DNA of 64,000 nucleotides from Candidatus Multivorans sp. GTDB lineage: Bacteria; Acidobacteriota; Thermoanaerobaculia; Multivoradales; Multivoraceae. Numbering within the stretch: position 1 is the stretch's first letter; each line of letters starts with the position of its first letter. Shown in pieces: positions 9,676 to 18,801 of this stretch. The stretch is from NCBI GenBank assembly GCA_965224025.1, contig OZ245033.1, positions 512,001-576,000 of the forward strand, read 5' to 3'. The translations under genes and the position numbers were made by a program. The notes beneath the pieces were generated by a model, which saw only the letters and a list, made by a program, of their open reading frames with translations, ran no database searches and was not told the DNA's origin.

Positions 9676-10329
9676 CCCTCTCTGCCAACGTACATGACAC
9701 AGCGGCCATCCCGTTGAATAGTGGAGGGCACACGTTGGCAAGGAGGATCAATGTCAAGACGAAAGCAGAGGTTTGGCGGCGGCTCGGAGCTCCCGGCCGC
9801 GGGGGTTGAGGAGCGTAGCGACGAGGCCCCCCCGGCCGGCGCGGCGCCCGCCGGGGCGGTTCCCGACCCGGAAGTGCTGGCGAGACCGACCAGGCGGCAG
9901 TTCACGGCGGAGTACCGGCTGCGGATTCTGGAGGCAGCGGACCGATGCACCCACCGCGGCGAGGTGGGTCGGCTGCTTCGGCGAGAGGGTCTGTACAGCT
10001 CCCATCTGGCCAACTGGCGCAAGGCGCGTCGAGAGGGCGCGCTATCCGGTCTGAGTCCGAAGAAGCGGGGCCGCAAGCCGGCCGAGGCCAACCCTCTGAC
10101 GCCGAAGGTGAAGCGGCTGGAGGCGAAGGTGAAGCGGCTGGAGAAGGAACTCGCCGCCGCACACACGATCCTGGACGTCCAGGGAAAAGTTGCAGGGCTG
10201 CTGGGATTCAGCCTCGAAGACGGGAAGGACTGCTGATGGCGGCAAGGTCCCTGGCCCGGCAGGTGGAGACTGCAGAGACGACTCACTAAATCCAGAACAC
10301 CGCTGTGTCAAAGTCGTTGACAGGTTCCG
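9676..10329 (+). mobile_element. Internally deleted IS3-family element (orfA intact, orfB almost entirely lost)
   Basis: Imperfect IRs CTGCCAACGTACATGACACAGCGG / CTGTCAACGACTTTGACACAGCGG, each 6 nt from the ends; 4-bp direct repeat GCAG at 9672-9675 and 10330-10333. Confidence 0.75.
9751..10236 (+). CDS. IS3-family transposase OrfA (HTH + leucine zipper)
   Basis: RRQFTAEYRLRILEAAD...LLRREGLYSSHLANWRK...AHTILDVQGKV; 21-bp in-frame tandem duplication (KVKRLEA/KVKRLEK). Confidence 0.8.
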   Translation: MSRRKQRFGGGSELPAAGVEERSDEAPPAGAAPAGAVPDPEVLARPTRRQFTAEYRLRILEAADRCTHRGEVGRLLRREGLYSSHLANWRKARREGALSGLSPKKRGRKPAEANPLTPKVKRLEAKVKRLEKELAAAHTILDVQGKVAGLLGFSLEDGKDC

Positions 10330-10562
10330 GCAGGCTCTGGCCTTTGGCTTGGCTGCTGACGGAATCGAGCCGACTGAGGTCGGAGCGGGATGCTGCGAAG
10401 GCGATCTGCTGAGTCTCTGGCGCTTGCCGTCCCGTGGTCCGGAATCCGGCAGCGGGACCCCTTTGTTCACCGGCGGCTCCCGATAGTGCCTTACTGCTTG
10501 GCGACTGCCTGGCAGGAGTGTCCCGTGCAGGCGCAGCGATCCAAGCTAAGCTTCCGCCACCC

Positions 10563-13500
10563 ATGTGCGGGATCGTCGGCATCCTGATGCGCCCCCACCC
10601 CGGGCCGGCGACCTGTTCGCGGAGACTGCTGGAGGGGCTCACCGCGACCGGTCGCCGCGTAGAGGCAGCTATTGGCGACCTGGATGGGACCGATGCGGAT
10701 GCGCTCGCGTCGGCTCTGACCGATGCCGCCTCGGGGATCGCGAGCTGGAACCGGCGGCTGCGCGCCCGTGCCGCGGTGCGCTCCCTGGTGCGGGACCCGC
10801 CGCTGTGCGCCGCGGTAGAGGACGCCCTGGGGCCGACCTTCAAGGCACTCAAGAGGCTGGAGTCGACCCTGGACGCCGGCGGGGCGGCGGTCGGCGACGC
10901 GGGCCTGGAAGTGGTCAACCGGGCGGCGGGCGCCCTGGCGGACGCCGAGTGGGCGATCCGCCGCGACCGGCTGCGGACTGCCGCCGAGGTCGGTGCTCTG
11001 GCGCCGGCCGGCGTCAGCGACGCGGGGCTCGACGTGCTGATCGGCGTCCAGCACGCCCTCTCGTCTCTCGATCGCCTCGAGATCCGCGGTCGCGACTCCG
11101 CCGGCCTGTTCCTGCTGCTCTCGGGACACGGCCTCGACCCGGCCCATCCGGTGGTCCAGGCGGAACTCGAACGGCGGACCGGGGATTCGCTGTTCGGCCA
11201 TCGGGCGATCGTCTACGGCGGCGGACGCCTGAGCCTGATCTACAAGTGCGCCGAGGAGATCGGCGAACTGGGCGACAACGTGCGCTTCCTGCGCGCGGCG
11301 GTGGCGGACGATCCGGTCCTGGCGGCGGCGCTCGAGAGTCCGGATGTCGAGGCGGCCATCCTCGGGCACACGCGTTGGGCCAGCGTCGGCCGGGTCAACG
11401 AGGCGAACGCGCATCCCTTGAACGAGGCGGAGGCGAGTGCCGGCGAAGCACGCTCGGAGCACGCGCCGCAGGTGGTGGCCGCGATCAACGGCGACATCGA
11501 CAACCACGCCGACTTGGCGGTGTTGGAGAAGCTGGACGTCGACCCGCGGATCACGACCGACGCGAAGGTCATGCCGGTACTGATGTCGCGCCGGCTGACC
11601 CGCGGCGACGGGCCGCTCGAGGCGTTCCGCGGCACGGTTTCGGGGTTCGAGGGTTCGCTGGCTGTGGGCGCGCTTTGCGGCGACGATCCGAACCGGCTCT
11701 ACCTGGCGATCCAGAGCAGCGGTCAGGGGCTCTATGTGGGACTCGCGGACCACGCCTTCGTAGTCGCCAGCGAGCCGTACGGTTTGGTGGAGGAGACCTC
11801 CACGTATCTGCGTCTGGACGGCGAGGCGGCGGCCGAACCCGACCGGCCGGGCGTCGCCAGGGGCCAGATCGCGGTGCTCGACGCGCGGCGGGCAGGCGAC
11901 CTGGAGGGTATCGAGCGCTACGGCATGGACGGCTCGCCGCTGCCGGTGGACGGAGAGGAGCTGGAGCGGGCCGAGATCACGACCCGCGACATCGACCGGG
12001 GCGAGTTCCCCCACTTTCTGCTCAAGGAGATCAGCGAGGCGCCGCGATCGGTGCGGAAGACGCTGCGCGGCAAGTTGCTCGAGGATGCTGCCGGACGCCT
12101 CCGGGTGACGTTGGGCCGGCAATCGATACCGGAGGCCGTGGCGCGCGACCTGGGAAGCGGCGCGACTACCAGGATCGTGATCACCGGCCAGGGCACGGCC
12201 GCCGTCGCCGGTTTGGGGATAGCCGCCTCGATCGAGGGGCGGCTGCGGGAGCGGAATCTCCGCGGGCTTCGCGTCGAGGCGATGCCGGCGACGGAACTCT
12301 CGGGCTTCCACCTGCTGCCGGACATGACGGACACCCTGGTCGTCGCGGTCAGTCAGTCGGGCACGACGACGGACACGCTGCGCACTCTCAATCTGACGCA
12401 GCGCCGGGGGTCGCGGGCCATCGCCATCGTCAACCGCCGCGACTCGGACCTGGCGGACCGGGCGGACGGCGTGCTCTACACCTCGGACGGCCGCGACGTG
12501 GAGATGAGCGTGGCGTCGACCAAGGCGTTCTACTCCCAGATCGCGGCCGGCATGCTGCTCGCCGTGACGATCGCCGACTTCGTTGCGGGCGGGACCGACG
12601 AGCGGCCCGCGGCCGACCGGCTGCTGCGCGAGCTGCGGGCGTTGCCGGCGGCGATGGAGCGCACCGTCGCGCTGCGCGACGAGATCGCCGCGGCGGCGCG
12701 GCGGTACGCGCCGAGGTTGCGGGACTGGTCGGTGGTCGGCAACGGCCTCGACCGCATCGCGGCGGAGGAGATCCGGATCAAGCTCTCGGAACTCTGCTAC
12801 AAGGCGATCGCCTGCGACGCGACGGAGGACAAGAAGCACATCGACCTGTCGTCCGAACCGTTGATCCTGGTGTGTGCGACGGGAGTCCAGGGGTCGACCG
12901 CGGCCGACACGAGGAAGGAGATCGATGTCTACCAGGCTCATCGCGCGACGCCGATCGTCATCGCCTCGGAGGGCGCCGGCTTCCAGGCTGCGCCGGCGGT
13001 GATCGAAGTGCCCGAGGCCGCGCCGGAGTTGTCCTTCGTGCTGGCGACGGTCGTCGGTCACCTGTTCGGCTACCACGCGGCGCTCGCCATCGACGATCTC
13101 GCCAAGCCGCTGCGAGCGATCCGCGCCGCGCTCGGTTCGGTCTTGGGCGCCGCGCCGGGCTCCCGACCGGTCGCCCGGCTGCGTGAACTGGCGGCTGCCG
13201 AGATCGACGGGGTTCGTGAAGGTCTGGCCGACGGCAGCTACGACGGCAACCTGCACACCGGCAGGGCGGTGCGTCTGGCCGTGGCGCTCGACCGCCTGGG
13301 AGGCGACGGGTCCGCTGCCGGCGGCGAAGCCGAGACGGCGACGTTGCTGGAGGATCTGCGGAGCGCCCTGAGCCCGGCCATCGACGATCTGACCCGGCAC
13401 GTCGACACGATCAAGCACCAGGCCAAGACGGTGACCGTGGGCATCTCCCGCCACGACCAGACCCTGGGCCGGATGTCCCTGGCGACCGCCCTGCTCGAGG

Positions 13501-14114
13501 CCGGCGCGCCGGAGGAGGCGATTTCGTCCGAAGACCGTCGGACGATGGGCGCGCTCGATCCCTTCGTCGACCAGGTGCTCGGGTACGTTCGCTACCAGCT
13601 CTGGTGCGGAGGCGACGGTCCGGCGCCCGGCGACGCCGCCACGATCCGCGTGCTGCGGGCCGGCGGCCTGTGCCGCGATCTGCAGTCGCGGACCGTGCGG
13701 GAGCCGCTGCTCCAGGGCACGAAGTACGCGGTCGCGGTCGAGGGCCGGTTGATGGCGGCGCGGGGGCGGACGGATGGCCGGGTGTTCATCGGCGTGCCCG
13801 AGTTCAGCGACGGCGAAGTCTCGGCGCTCAACCTGATCCACGTGCGCTTCCGGGAGCGCGCGCCGGCGCCCGAGCTGCGCCGCCTGCTCTCCGGCTACCG
13901 CGAGCGCTACGCCGGCCTGCGCGACCAGGTGCTCAAGAGCGCGCCGGAGTTCGACGACCGGCTGCTGGCGGAACTTCCGGTCGAGGACCTCCTCATCGAC
14001 CCCGTGTCCCAGCTAGCGGAGCGTTGGCAAAGCCCGGGGAACGCGGGCGTCTCGCCCGCATCCGGCGCGGGCCGAGGCCACGACCCGGCCCTGCTCAAGG
14101 TGGGACAGCCGTGA
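10563..14114 (+). CDS. glmS: Extended glutamine--fructose-6-phosphate aminotransferase-like protein (1183 aa)
   Basis: N-terminal MCGIVG (Ntn Cys); LEIRGRDSAG, GHTRWAS, NAHP, NGDIDN, SQSGTTTDT, VASTKAF, AKTVTV motifs. Confidence 0.8.
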   Translation: MCGIVGILMRPHPGPATCSRRLLEGLTATGRRVEAAIGDLDGTDADALASALTDAASGIASWNRRLRARAAVRSLVRDPPLCAAVEDALGPTFKALKRLESTLDAGGAAVGDAGLEVVNRAAGALADAEWAIRRDRLRTAAEVGALAPAGVSDAGLDVLIGVQHALSSLDRLEIRGRDSAGLFLLLSGHGLDPAHPVVQAELERRTGDSLFGHRAIVYGGGRLSLIYKCAEEIGELGDNVRFLRAAVADDPVLAAALESPDVEAAILGHTRWASVGRVNEANAHPLNEAEASAGEARSEHAPQVVAAINGDIDNHADLAVLEKLDVDPRITTDAKVMPVLMSRRLTRGDGPLEAFRGTVSGFEGSLAVGALCGDDPNRLYLAIQSSGQGLYVGLADHAFVVASEPYGLVEETSTYLRLDGEAAAEPDRPGVARGQIAVLDARRAGDLEGIERYGMDGSPLPVDGEELERAEITTRDIDRGEFPHFLLKEISEAPRSVRKTLRGKLLEDAAGRLRVTLGRQSIPEAVARDLGSGATTRIVITGQGTAAVAGLGIAASIEGRLRERNLRGLRVEAMPATELSGFHLLPDMTDTLVVAVSQSGTTTDTLRTLNLTQRRGSRAIAIVNRRDSDLADRADGVLYTSDGRDVEMSVASTKAFYSQIAAGMLLAVTIADFVAGGTDERPAADRLLRELRALPAAMERTVALRDEIAAAARRYAPRLRDWSVVGNGLDRIAAEEIRIKLSELCYKAIACDATEDKKHIDLSSEPLILVCATGVQGSTAADTRKEIDVYQAHRATPIVIASEGAGFQAAPAVIEVPEAAPELSFVLATVVGHLFGYHAALAIDDLAKPLRAIRAALGSVLGAAPGSRPVARLRELAAAEIDGVREGLADGSYDGNLHTGRAVRLAVALDRLGGDGSAAGGEAETATLLEDLRSALSPAIDDLTRHVDTIKHQAKTVTVGISRHDQTLGRMSLATALLEAGAPEEAISSEDRRTMGALDPFVDQVLGYVRYQLWCGGDGPAPGDAATIRVLRAGGLCRDLQSRTVREPLLQGTKYAVAVEGRLMAARGRTDGRVFIGVPEFSDGEVSALNLIHVRFRERAPAPELRRLLSGYRERYAGLRDQVLKSAPEFDDRLLAELPVEDLLIDPVSQLAERWQSPGNAGVSPASGAGRGHDPALLKVGQP
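14037..14069 (-). repeat. REP-like palindrome (family A) inside the 3' end of glmS
   Basis: Reverse complement of CGCGCCGGATGCGGGCGAGACGCCCGCGTTCCC, as at 20674-20706. Confidence 0.8.
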
Positions 14115-15082
14115 GGATCCTGCTCACCGGCAGCGCCGGGTTCATCGGCTTCCACGTCGCCAGGGCTCTGCTCGACCGCGGCGACGAAGTGATCGGGTAC
14201 GACAGTTTCAACCGGTACTACGACCCCAGGCTCAAGGAGAGCCGCAACGCGATCCTCGAGGAGTACCCGAACTTCCGTCTGGTCCGCGCGGACATCGGCG
14301 ATCGCGAGACTCTCGAGGCCGCCTTCGACGGACTCGTCGGCGGTGCGAACGGCGACGAGACCCGGGTCTGCCACCTGGCGGCCCAGGCCGGGGTACGCCA
14401 CTCGATCGCGCATCCGAACGCATTCGTCCGCGACAACGTGCAGGCCTTCACGCACGTGCTCGATCTGTGCCGCAAGAGGGAGGTCGGCGGCCTGATCTAC
14501 GCTTCGAGCAGTTCGGTCTACGGCGACAGCACGCGGGAGCGGCTGAGCGAGAACGACAGCACCTCGGCTCAGTGCTCGCTCTACGGTGCGACGAAGAAGA
14601 TGAACGAGCTGATGGCCTCGGTGTACAACCACCTCTACGGCCTGCGGGTGACCGGTCTGCGCTTCTTCACCGTCTACGGCCCTTGGGGGCGTCCGGACAT
14701 GGCGCTGTTCCTGTTCACCGGCGCCCTGCTGCGCGGCGAGACGATCAAGGTCTTCGGCCACGGCCGGATGTACCGGGACTTCACCTACGTCGACGACATC
14801 GCCGCGGGCGTCGTCTCGGCGATCGACCGCAACCACGAACTTCTGGTCTGCAACCTCGCTGGGGGGCGGACCGAGGAACTGATGGCGTTCATCCGGCAGA
14901 TCGAATCGAGCTGCGGCCGCGAGGGCGAGAAGGAGTTCCTGCCCGTGCAGCCCGGCGATGTCGTTCGCACGTCCGCCGACCTAGCCACGGCCAGAGAGTT
15001 CCTGGGCTACGAACCGACGACAACGATCGACGTCGGCATTCCCCGTTTCGTCGACTGGTACCGCAGCTACTACGGCCTCTAG
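14111..15082 (+). CDS. NAD-dependent nucleotide-sugar epimerase (UDP-glucuronate 4-epimerase-like)
   Basis: GTG overlapping the glmS stop; TGSAGFIG, HLAAQAGVR, YGATKK, RFFTVYGPWGRPDMA, RDFTYVDD. Confidence 0.9.
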   Translation: MRILLTGSAGFIGFHVARALLDRGDEVIGYDSFNRYYDPRLKESRNAILEEYPNFRLVRADIGDRETLEAAFDGLVGGANGDETRVCHLAAQAGVRHSIAHPNAFVRDNVQAFTHVLDLCRKREVGGLIYASSSSVYGDSTRERLSENDSTSAQCSLYGATKKMNELMASVYNHLYGLRVTGLRFFTVYGPWGRPDMALFLFTGALLRGETIKVFGHGRMYRDFTYVDDIAAGVVSAIDRNHELLVCNLAGGRTEELMAFIRQIESSCGREGEKEFLPVQPGDVVRTSADLATAREFLGYEPTTTIDVGIPRFVDWYRSYYGL

Positions 15083-15285
15083 GAGTCGAGTCGCGGCGTC
15101 CGCGCCGCGCTGACGCACGGGAAACTTGTTCCATGCAAGGCGAAGCCTCGTTAGACCCACCTGCGGCGGCAGCGGGCCAGAAGGCCCGCGCACCCAGAGA
15201 TACGTCGGCGATGCCTCGCGTCGCTCTACGCAGTTGCAGCGCGGCGGCGAGCCGGGTGGCGCGATCCGCGCCGTGGCCGTGCTAG
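15079..15285. repeat. CTAG-bounded composite palindromic repeat
   Basis: First 39 nt identical to 27360-27398; also contains a REP variant (15171-15200) and a partial GGGTGGCGCGATCCGCGCC palindrome. Confidence 0.75.
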
Positions 15286-15491
15286 CTTCCGTCCCCCCAT
15301 GGATCGGACCCAAGCGACGCGGAACCTGACTTACGGCGCCATGCTGATGCGCGGCGCCCAGGGAGAGGTCCGTCCCGTCGGCCACCATCCGACGTCCTGA
15401 ACATCTGAGACCGGCGGACCTCTCCACTGCCGGAGAGGCCGTCGCCGATAACTCCTCCGGTACACGACCGTCCGGCACCGAGGAGCTCATC

Positions 15492-16916
15492 ATGAGCGAC
15501 AACCCGACTTCACCGTTTCTGGGCGAGGCAGGAGCGTACTACAGGAAATTGCTGCGGCCCGTCTTCGAGGACCGCAGGTTCGTGCTGCCCGGTGCGATCG
15601 CCGTCGGCCTCGGCAACGTGTCGCGCGAACTCCGCCGACTCGGCGCCGCGCGGCCCTTTCTGATCGCCGGCAGCCGGGGAACCGGCCCCGTACCGTCCCC
15701 GGAGGAGGCGGCGCTGCGAGTGCTCGACATTCGCGGCACGGACCCGCTGGACCACAACCGCAACGTGCAGCGGGCCCTGGCCGACCTGCCGTCCGCGGTG
15801 CAAGATGCGGTCGACGTTTGGGATCCGGAGGGCTCGGCGCGGACCCTGCACACGGACCCATTGGCCGAGCCTCGACCAGTTGCCGGACGAGGCGCCTATG
15901 CCGCGCGGCCCGCGGAGTCGATCGCCCTCGAAGACAAGGTCGTCATCGACGCCTTTTGGGACGCCGTCGGCGTACCGCGCGCACCGTCCCAGGTCGTTCC
16001 GGCCCAGTACAGAGCGCTTCGTGCCGCCGCCAGTGCCCTGGACCGCGGCTACGGCACCGTGTGGGCGGCGGACACCCGGAACGGTACAAACGCTGGGGCC
16101 GTCGGGCTGCGGTGGGTGCGTCCCGGCAACGACGGAAGGGAGGCCGCGGCGTCCCTGTTCCGGATTGCCGACCGCGTACGGGTCATGCCCTTTCTGGAGG
16201 GCATTCCCGCGAGCATCCACGGCATCGTGTTCCCGGACGCGGTCGCGGTCCTCCGGCCAGTCGAAATGCTTGTGCTCCGACCGACGGACGGCGACCGGCT
16301 GTTCTATGCCGGCTGCTCGACCTGGTTCGATCCGAACCCCGAGGACCGCGAAACGATGCGCGCACTCGCCCGCCGCACCGGCGCCGCGCTGCGCGAACAA
16401 GTCGGCTTCCGGGGCGGGTTCTCGATCGACGGCGTCCTTGCCGAAGAGGGGTTCCTGCCGACCGAACTCAACCCGCGGCCCGGGGCCGGTATCGCCACCT
16501 TGGCCGGCGCGCTCGACGACTTCCCGGTCATTTCGCTCTGCCTGGCCATCGCGGAAGGCGAACCGCTCGACTACCGGCCGGAACTCCTCGAACGCGCGGT
16601 GGTCCAGGCCGCCGACGCCCACCGCGTCTGCGGTGGCGGCAGAACGACACGCCGGACCCTCACCGACACCGGCAGGATCGATCTGGTGAGAGACGGCGAC
16701 GACTATCGCGAGGCCGCATCAGGGGAAGATCCCGAAGCCGCGATCCTGTTCGGACCCGGCCCGATCGGCGGGTTCCTGCGCTTCACGCTGAATCCCGACC
16801 GCAACGCACCAGGGCCACCCTCCGCACCGGAAGCCGCGCGAGCCTTCCAATTGGCGGATCGTCTGCTCGGCACCGACTTCGGGGTCCTCGAAGCCGCGCG
16901 CGATTTGAGGCCGTGA
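15492..16916 (+). CDS. ATP-grasp-fold protein of unknown function
   Basis: ALEDK...VPRAP, VMPFLEG, FRGGFSIDG...TELNPRPG motifs; GAGGAG RBS. Confidence 0.65.
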   Translation: MSDNPTSPFLGEAGAYYRKLLRPVFEDRRFVLPGAIAVGLGNVSRELRRLGAARPFLIAGSRGTGPVPSPEEAALRVLDIRGTDPLDHNRNVQRALADLPSAVQDAVDVWDPEGSARTLHTDPLAEPRPVAGRGAYAARPAESIALEDKVVIDAFWDAVGVPRAPSQVVPAQYRALRAAASALDRGYGTVWAADTRNGTNAGAVGLRWVRPGNDGREAAASLFRIADRVRVMPFLEGIPASIHGIVFPDAVAVLRPVEMLVLRPTDGDRLFYAGCSTWFDPNPEDRETMRALARRTGAALREQVGFRGGFSIDGVLAEEGFLPTELNPRPGAGIATLAGALDDFPVISLCLAIAEGEPLDYRPELLERAVVQAADAHRVCGGGRTTRRTLTDTGRIDLVRDGDDYREAASGEDPEAAILFGPGPIGGFLRFTLNPDRNAPGPPSAPEAARAFQLADRLLGTDFGVLEAARDLRP

Positions 16917-16984
16917 CACCTGGTCCGGCCGCTCAACGGATACTCTTGGTTCCTGAGCCATCCGGCAGTTCGCGAGGAGAGGAA

Positions 16985-17806
16985 ATGACCGACGTCGACC
17001 TGACCATCCTGGAAGTCACGGCGCCGTGGGAGTGGCCAAACACTGCAGGCGAGGCCGTCTTGAAGAGACTCCGCGACAAACAGGCCGACGAAGCCGAACG
17101 CCTTCTGGCCGCCGAACTGGCCGGCGAGATCGTCATCGTCAGCCAGGACCTCACGAAGGCGCTGTCGGCGATCGTCTCAGACCCGGGCGCTTCCGACGAA
17201 CTCCGCGGCCGGGCCGCAATCGCGCTTGGGCCGGTGCTCGAGGAGATGGACGTCCACGAACCGCTCGGCAACGAACTGGATCCGCCACCGATTCCGCCAC
17301 ACGAGTTCCAGAGGATCCGGTGGGAACTGCAAGCCGTCTACCGAGCGGCAGACACGCCGAAGGAGGTGCGCCGCCGGATTCTGGAGGCGTCGGTCCGCGC
17401 GCCCGAGGCCTGGCACCAGGGAGCGATTCGGGAGGCGTACGACCGCGACGACGACGAATGGCGGCTGACCGCCGTCTTCTGCATGGGTCGCGTCCAGGGT
17501 TTCACGAGCGAGATCCTGGCGTCGCTGAAGGACCCGGCTGAAGCGGTCCGTTTCGAAGCCGTCCAAGCGGCCGGATTGCGTGAGGTCCGTGCCGCCTGGC
17601 CGCACGTGGCCCGTCTGCTCCGGTCGCCGGACACCGACAGGCAACTGCTGCTCGCGGCAATCGAAGCCAGCGTCGGCGTTCGCGGGAAAGCGACGATCGA
17701 GTTCCTGGGTCATCTATCAGCGTCCAAGGACGAGGAGATCGCCGAGGCAGCCGAGGAAGCGACGATGATGGCGAACGCGCTCTACGGCGATCTCTCTGAG
17801 TGGTAG
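16985..17806 (+). CDS. HEAT-repeat protein
   Basis: Helical repeats LRGRAAIALG, WRLTAVFCMG, VRFEAVQAAG; GAGGAGAGG RBS. Confidence 0.75.
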   Translation: MTDVDLTILEVTAPWEWPNTAGEAVLKRLRDKQADEAERLLAAELAGEIVIVSQDLTKALSAIVSDPGASDELRGRAAIALGPVLEEMDVHEPLGNELDPPPIPPHEFQRIRWELQAVYRAADTPKEVRRRILEASVRAPEAWHQGAIREAYDRDDDEWRLTAVFCMGRVQGFTSEILASLKDPAEAVRFEAVQAAGLREVRAAWPHVARLLRSPDTDRQLLLAAIEASVGVRGKATIEFLGHLSASKDEEIAEAAEEATMMANALYGDLSEW

Positions 17807-17838
17807 CGGGAGCCTGTCGAGCCCGCACGCCGGCGCCG

Positions 17839-18495
17839 TCAGTCCGGCAGGGTGGTTCGGCAATCCGCCACCAAACTGTCAACGCGCGACCGAAAGTCCC
17901 TCTTGACCAGATCCCACTCGATGTCGGCCAGGAGCCGCAACGGCGGATCGCGTTCTGCGTCGTCAAAGTGAACGAGACTGCGAACGACGTGTCCCACGTC
18001 CCGCACCTCGAACTTCTCTTGGTACAGAGCCAGATACTCCGCCAGCGGACGGTGACGCGTCACCAGTACCCAGAGATCGACGAAGTCCTTGCGACTGCCG
18101 CGATTGGCGATGGCCGACAGCTTCATGGCCGCGATGTCATCTCGATTGGCTAGCCGCATGGCGTCAGTGTCGGACGACACGGTCGGGCCCAGAAGTGGGT
18201 ACTTGTACTCGATCACCGACACCTGGACGCCAAGCACGTCGAGGTAAACGGTACCTGCACTCAGCGACGTGACCGAGTGTTCCGGTATGTGCCGCCGCAA
18301 GAGGCGCAGCACGTCCTCGGTATCCGGCAGCCGCTCGGTGAAGACATCCAAGTCCACCGAGACCCGATGCCCCTCCATGAGGGCGAGGCCCGTTCCGCCC
18401 GCCAGGTAGTAGTCCCCGCCGGCCAGAGCCCGCGAAACGAGGTCGAAGGCGGCACGCGCTTTCGGCTCAAGAGCCTCCCAATGCAGCGTGCTCAT
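17839..18495 (-). CDS. AbiEii/AbiGii-family nucleotidyltransferase (putative type IV TA toxin)
   Basis: YLAGGTGLAL..GHRVSVDLD; IAAMKLSAI..RGSRKDFVDL. Confidence 0.85.
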   Translation of the reverse strand: MSTLHWEALEPKARAAFDLVSRALAGGDYYLAGGTGLALMEGHRVSVDLDVFTERLPDTEDVLRLLRRHIPEHSVTSLSAGTVYLDVLGVQVSVIEYKYPLLGPTVSSDTDAMRLANRDDIAAMKLSAIANRGSRKDFVDLWVLVTRHRPLAEYLALYQEKFEVRDVGHVVRSLVHFDDAERDPPLRLLADIEWDLVKRDFRSRVDSLVADCRTTLPD

Positions 18496-18797
18496 CCGCG
18501 CCACGCGGCTTCGCGTTTCCGAGCCGCCCGCACCCACTCAGCCGTCCGTTCTTCCGTCACCGAGCTGGCGAAGGCCCAGAAGTTGAGTTCGCGCGGCGGG
18601 AGCACCCTCCGGCCGCGTTCCTCCAGGAAACGCCGTCGCCGTTCCGGGCTGCAGGTCGACAGGAGCCATCGCATCGGCTCCCAGCCTCCGCGAGCCATGA
18701 CACGTTCGATCACGACCTCGGGCAGCTCGGGCTCGGCCCTCAGCGCTTCAAGATCGTATTCCCAGAGTAGACGCTCGACCGCAGTGGGGAAACGCAC
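18492..18797 (-). CDS. Small partner protein of the AbiEii gene (DUF6922-like putative antitoxin)
   Basis: LLWEYD...VIERVMARG...WLL pattern; ATGA overlap with the toxin gene. Confidence 0.7.
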   Translation of the reverse strand: MRFPTAVERLLWEYDLEALRAEPELPEVVIERVMARGGWEPMRWLLSTCSPERRRRFLEERGRRVLPPRELNFWAFASSVTEERTAEWVRAARKREAAWRG

Positions 18798-18801
18798 CTG
18801 C

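Noticed and set aside
10491-13841. 1116-aa minus-strand ORF, and similar long antisense ORFs (32255-33613, 51539-53272, 58022-60355, 60603-62834)
   Set aside because: Shadow frames of real genes in high-GC DNA; no motifs and biased composition
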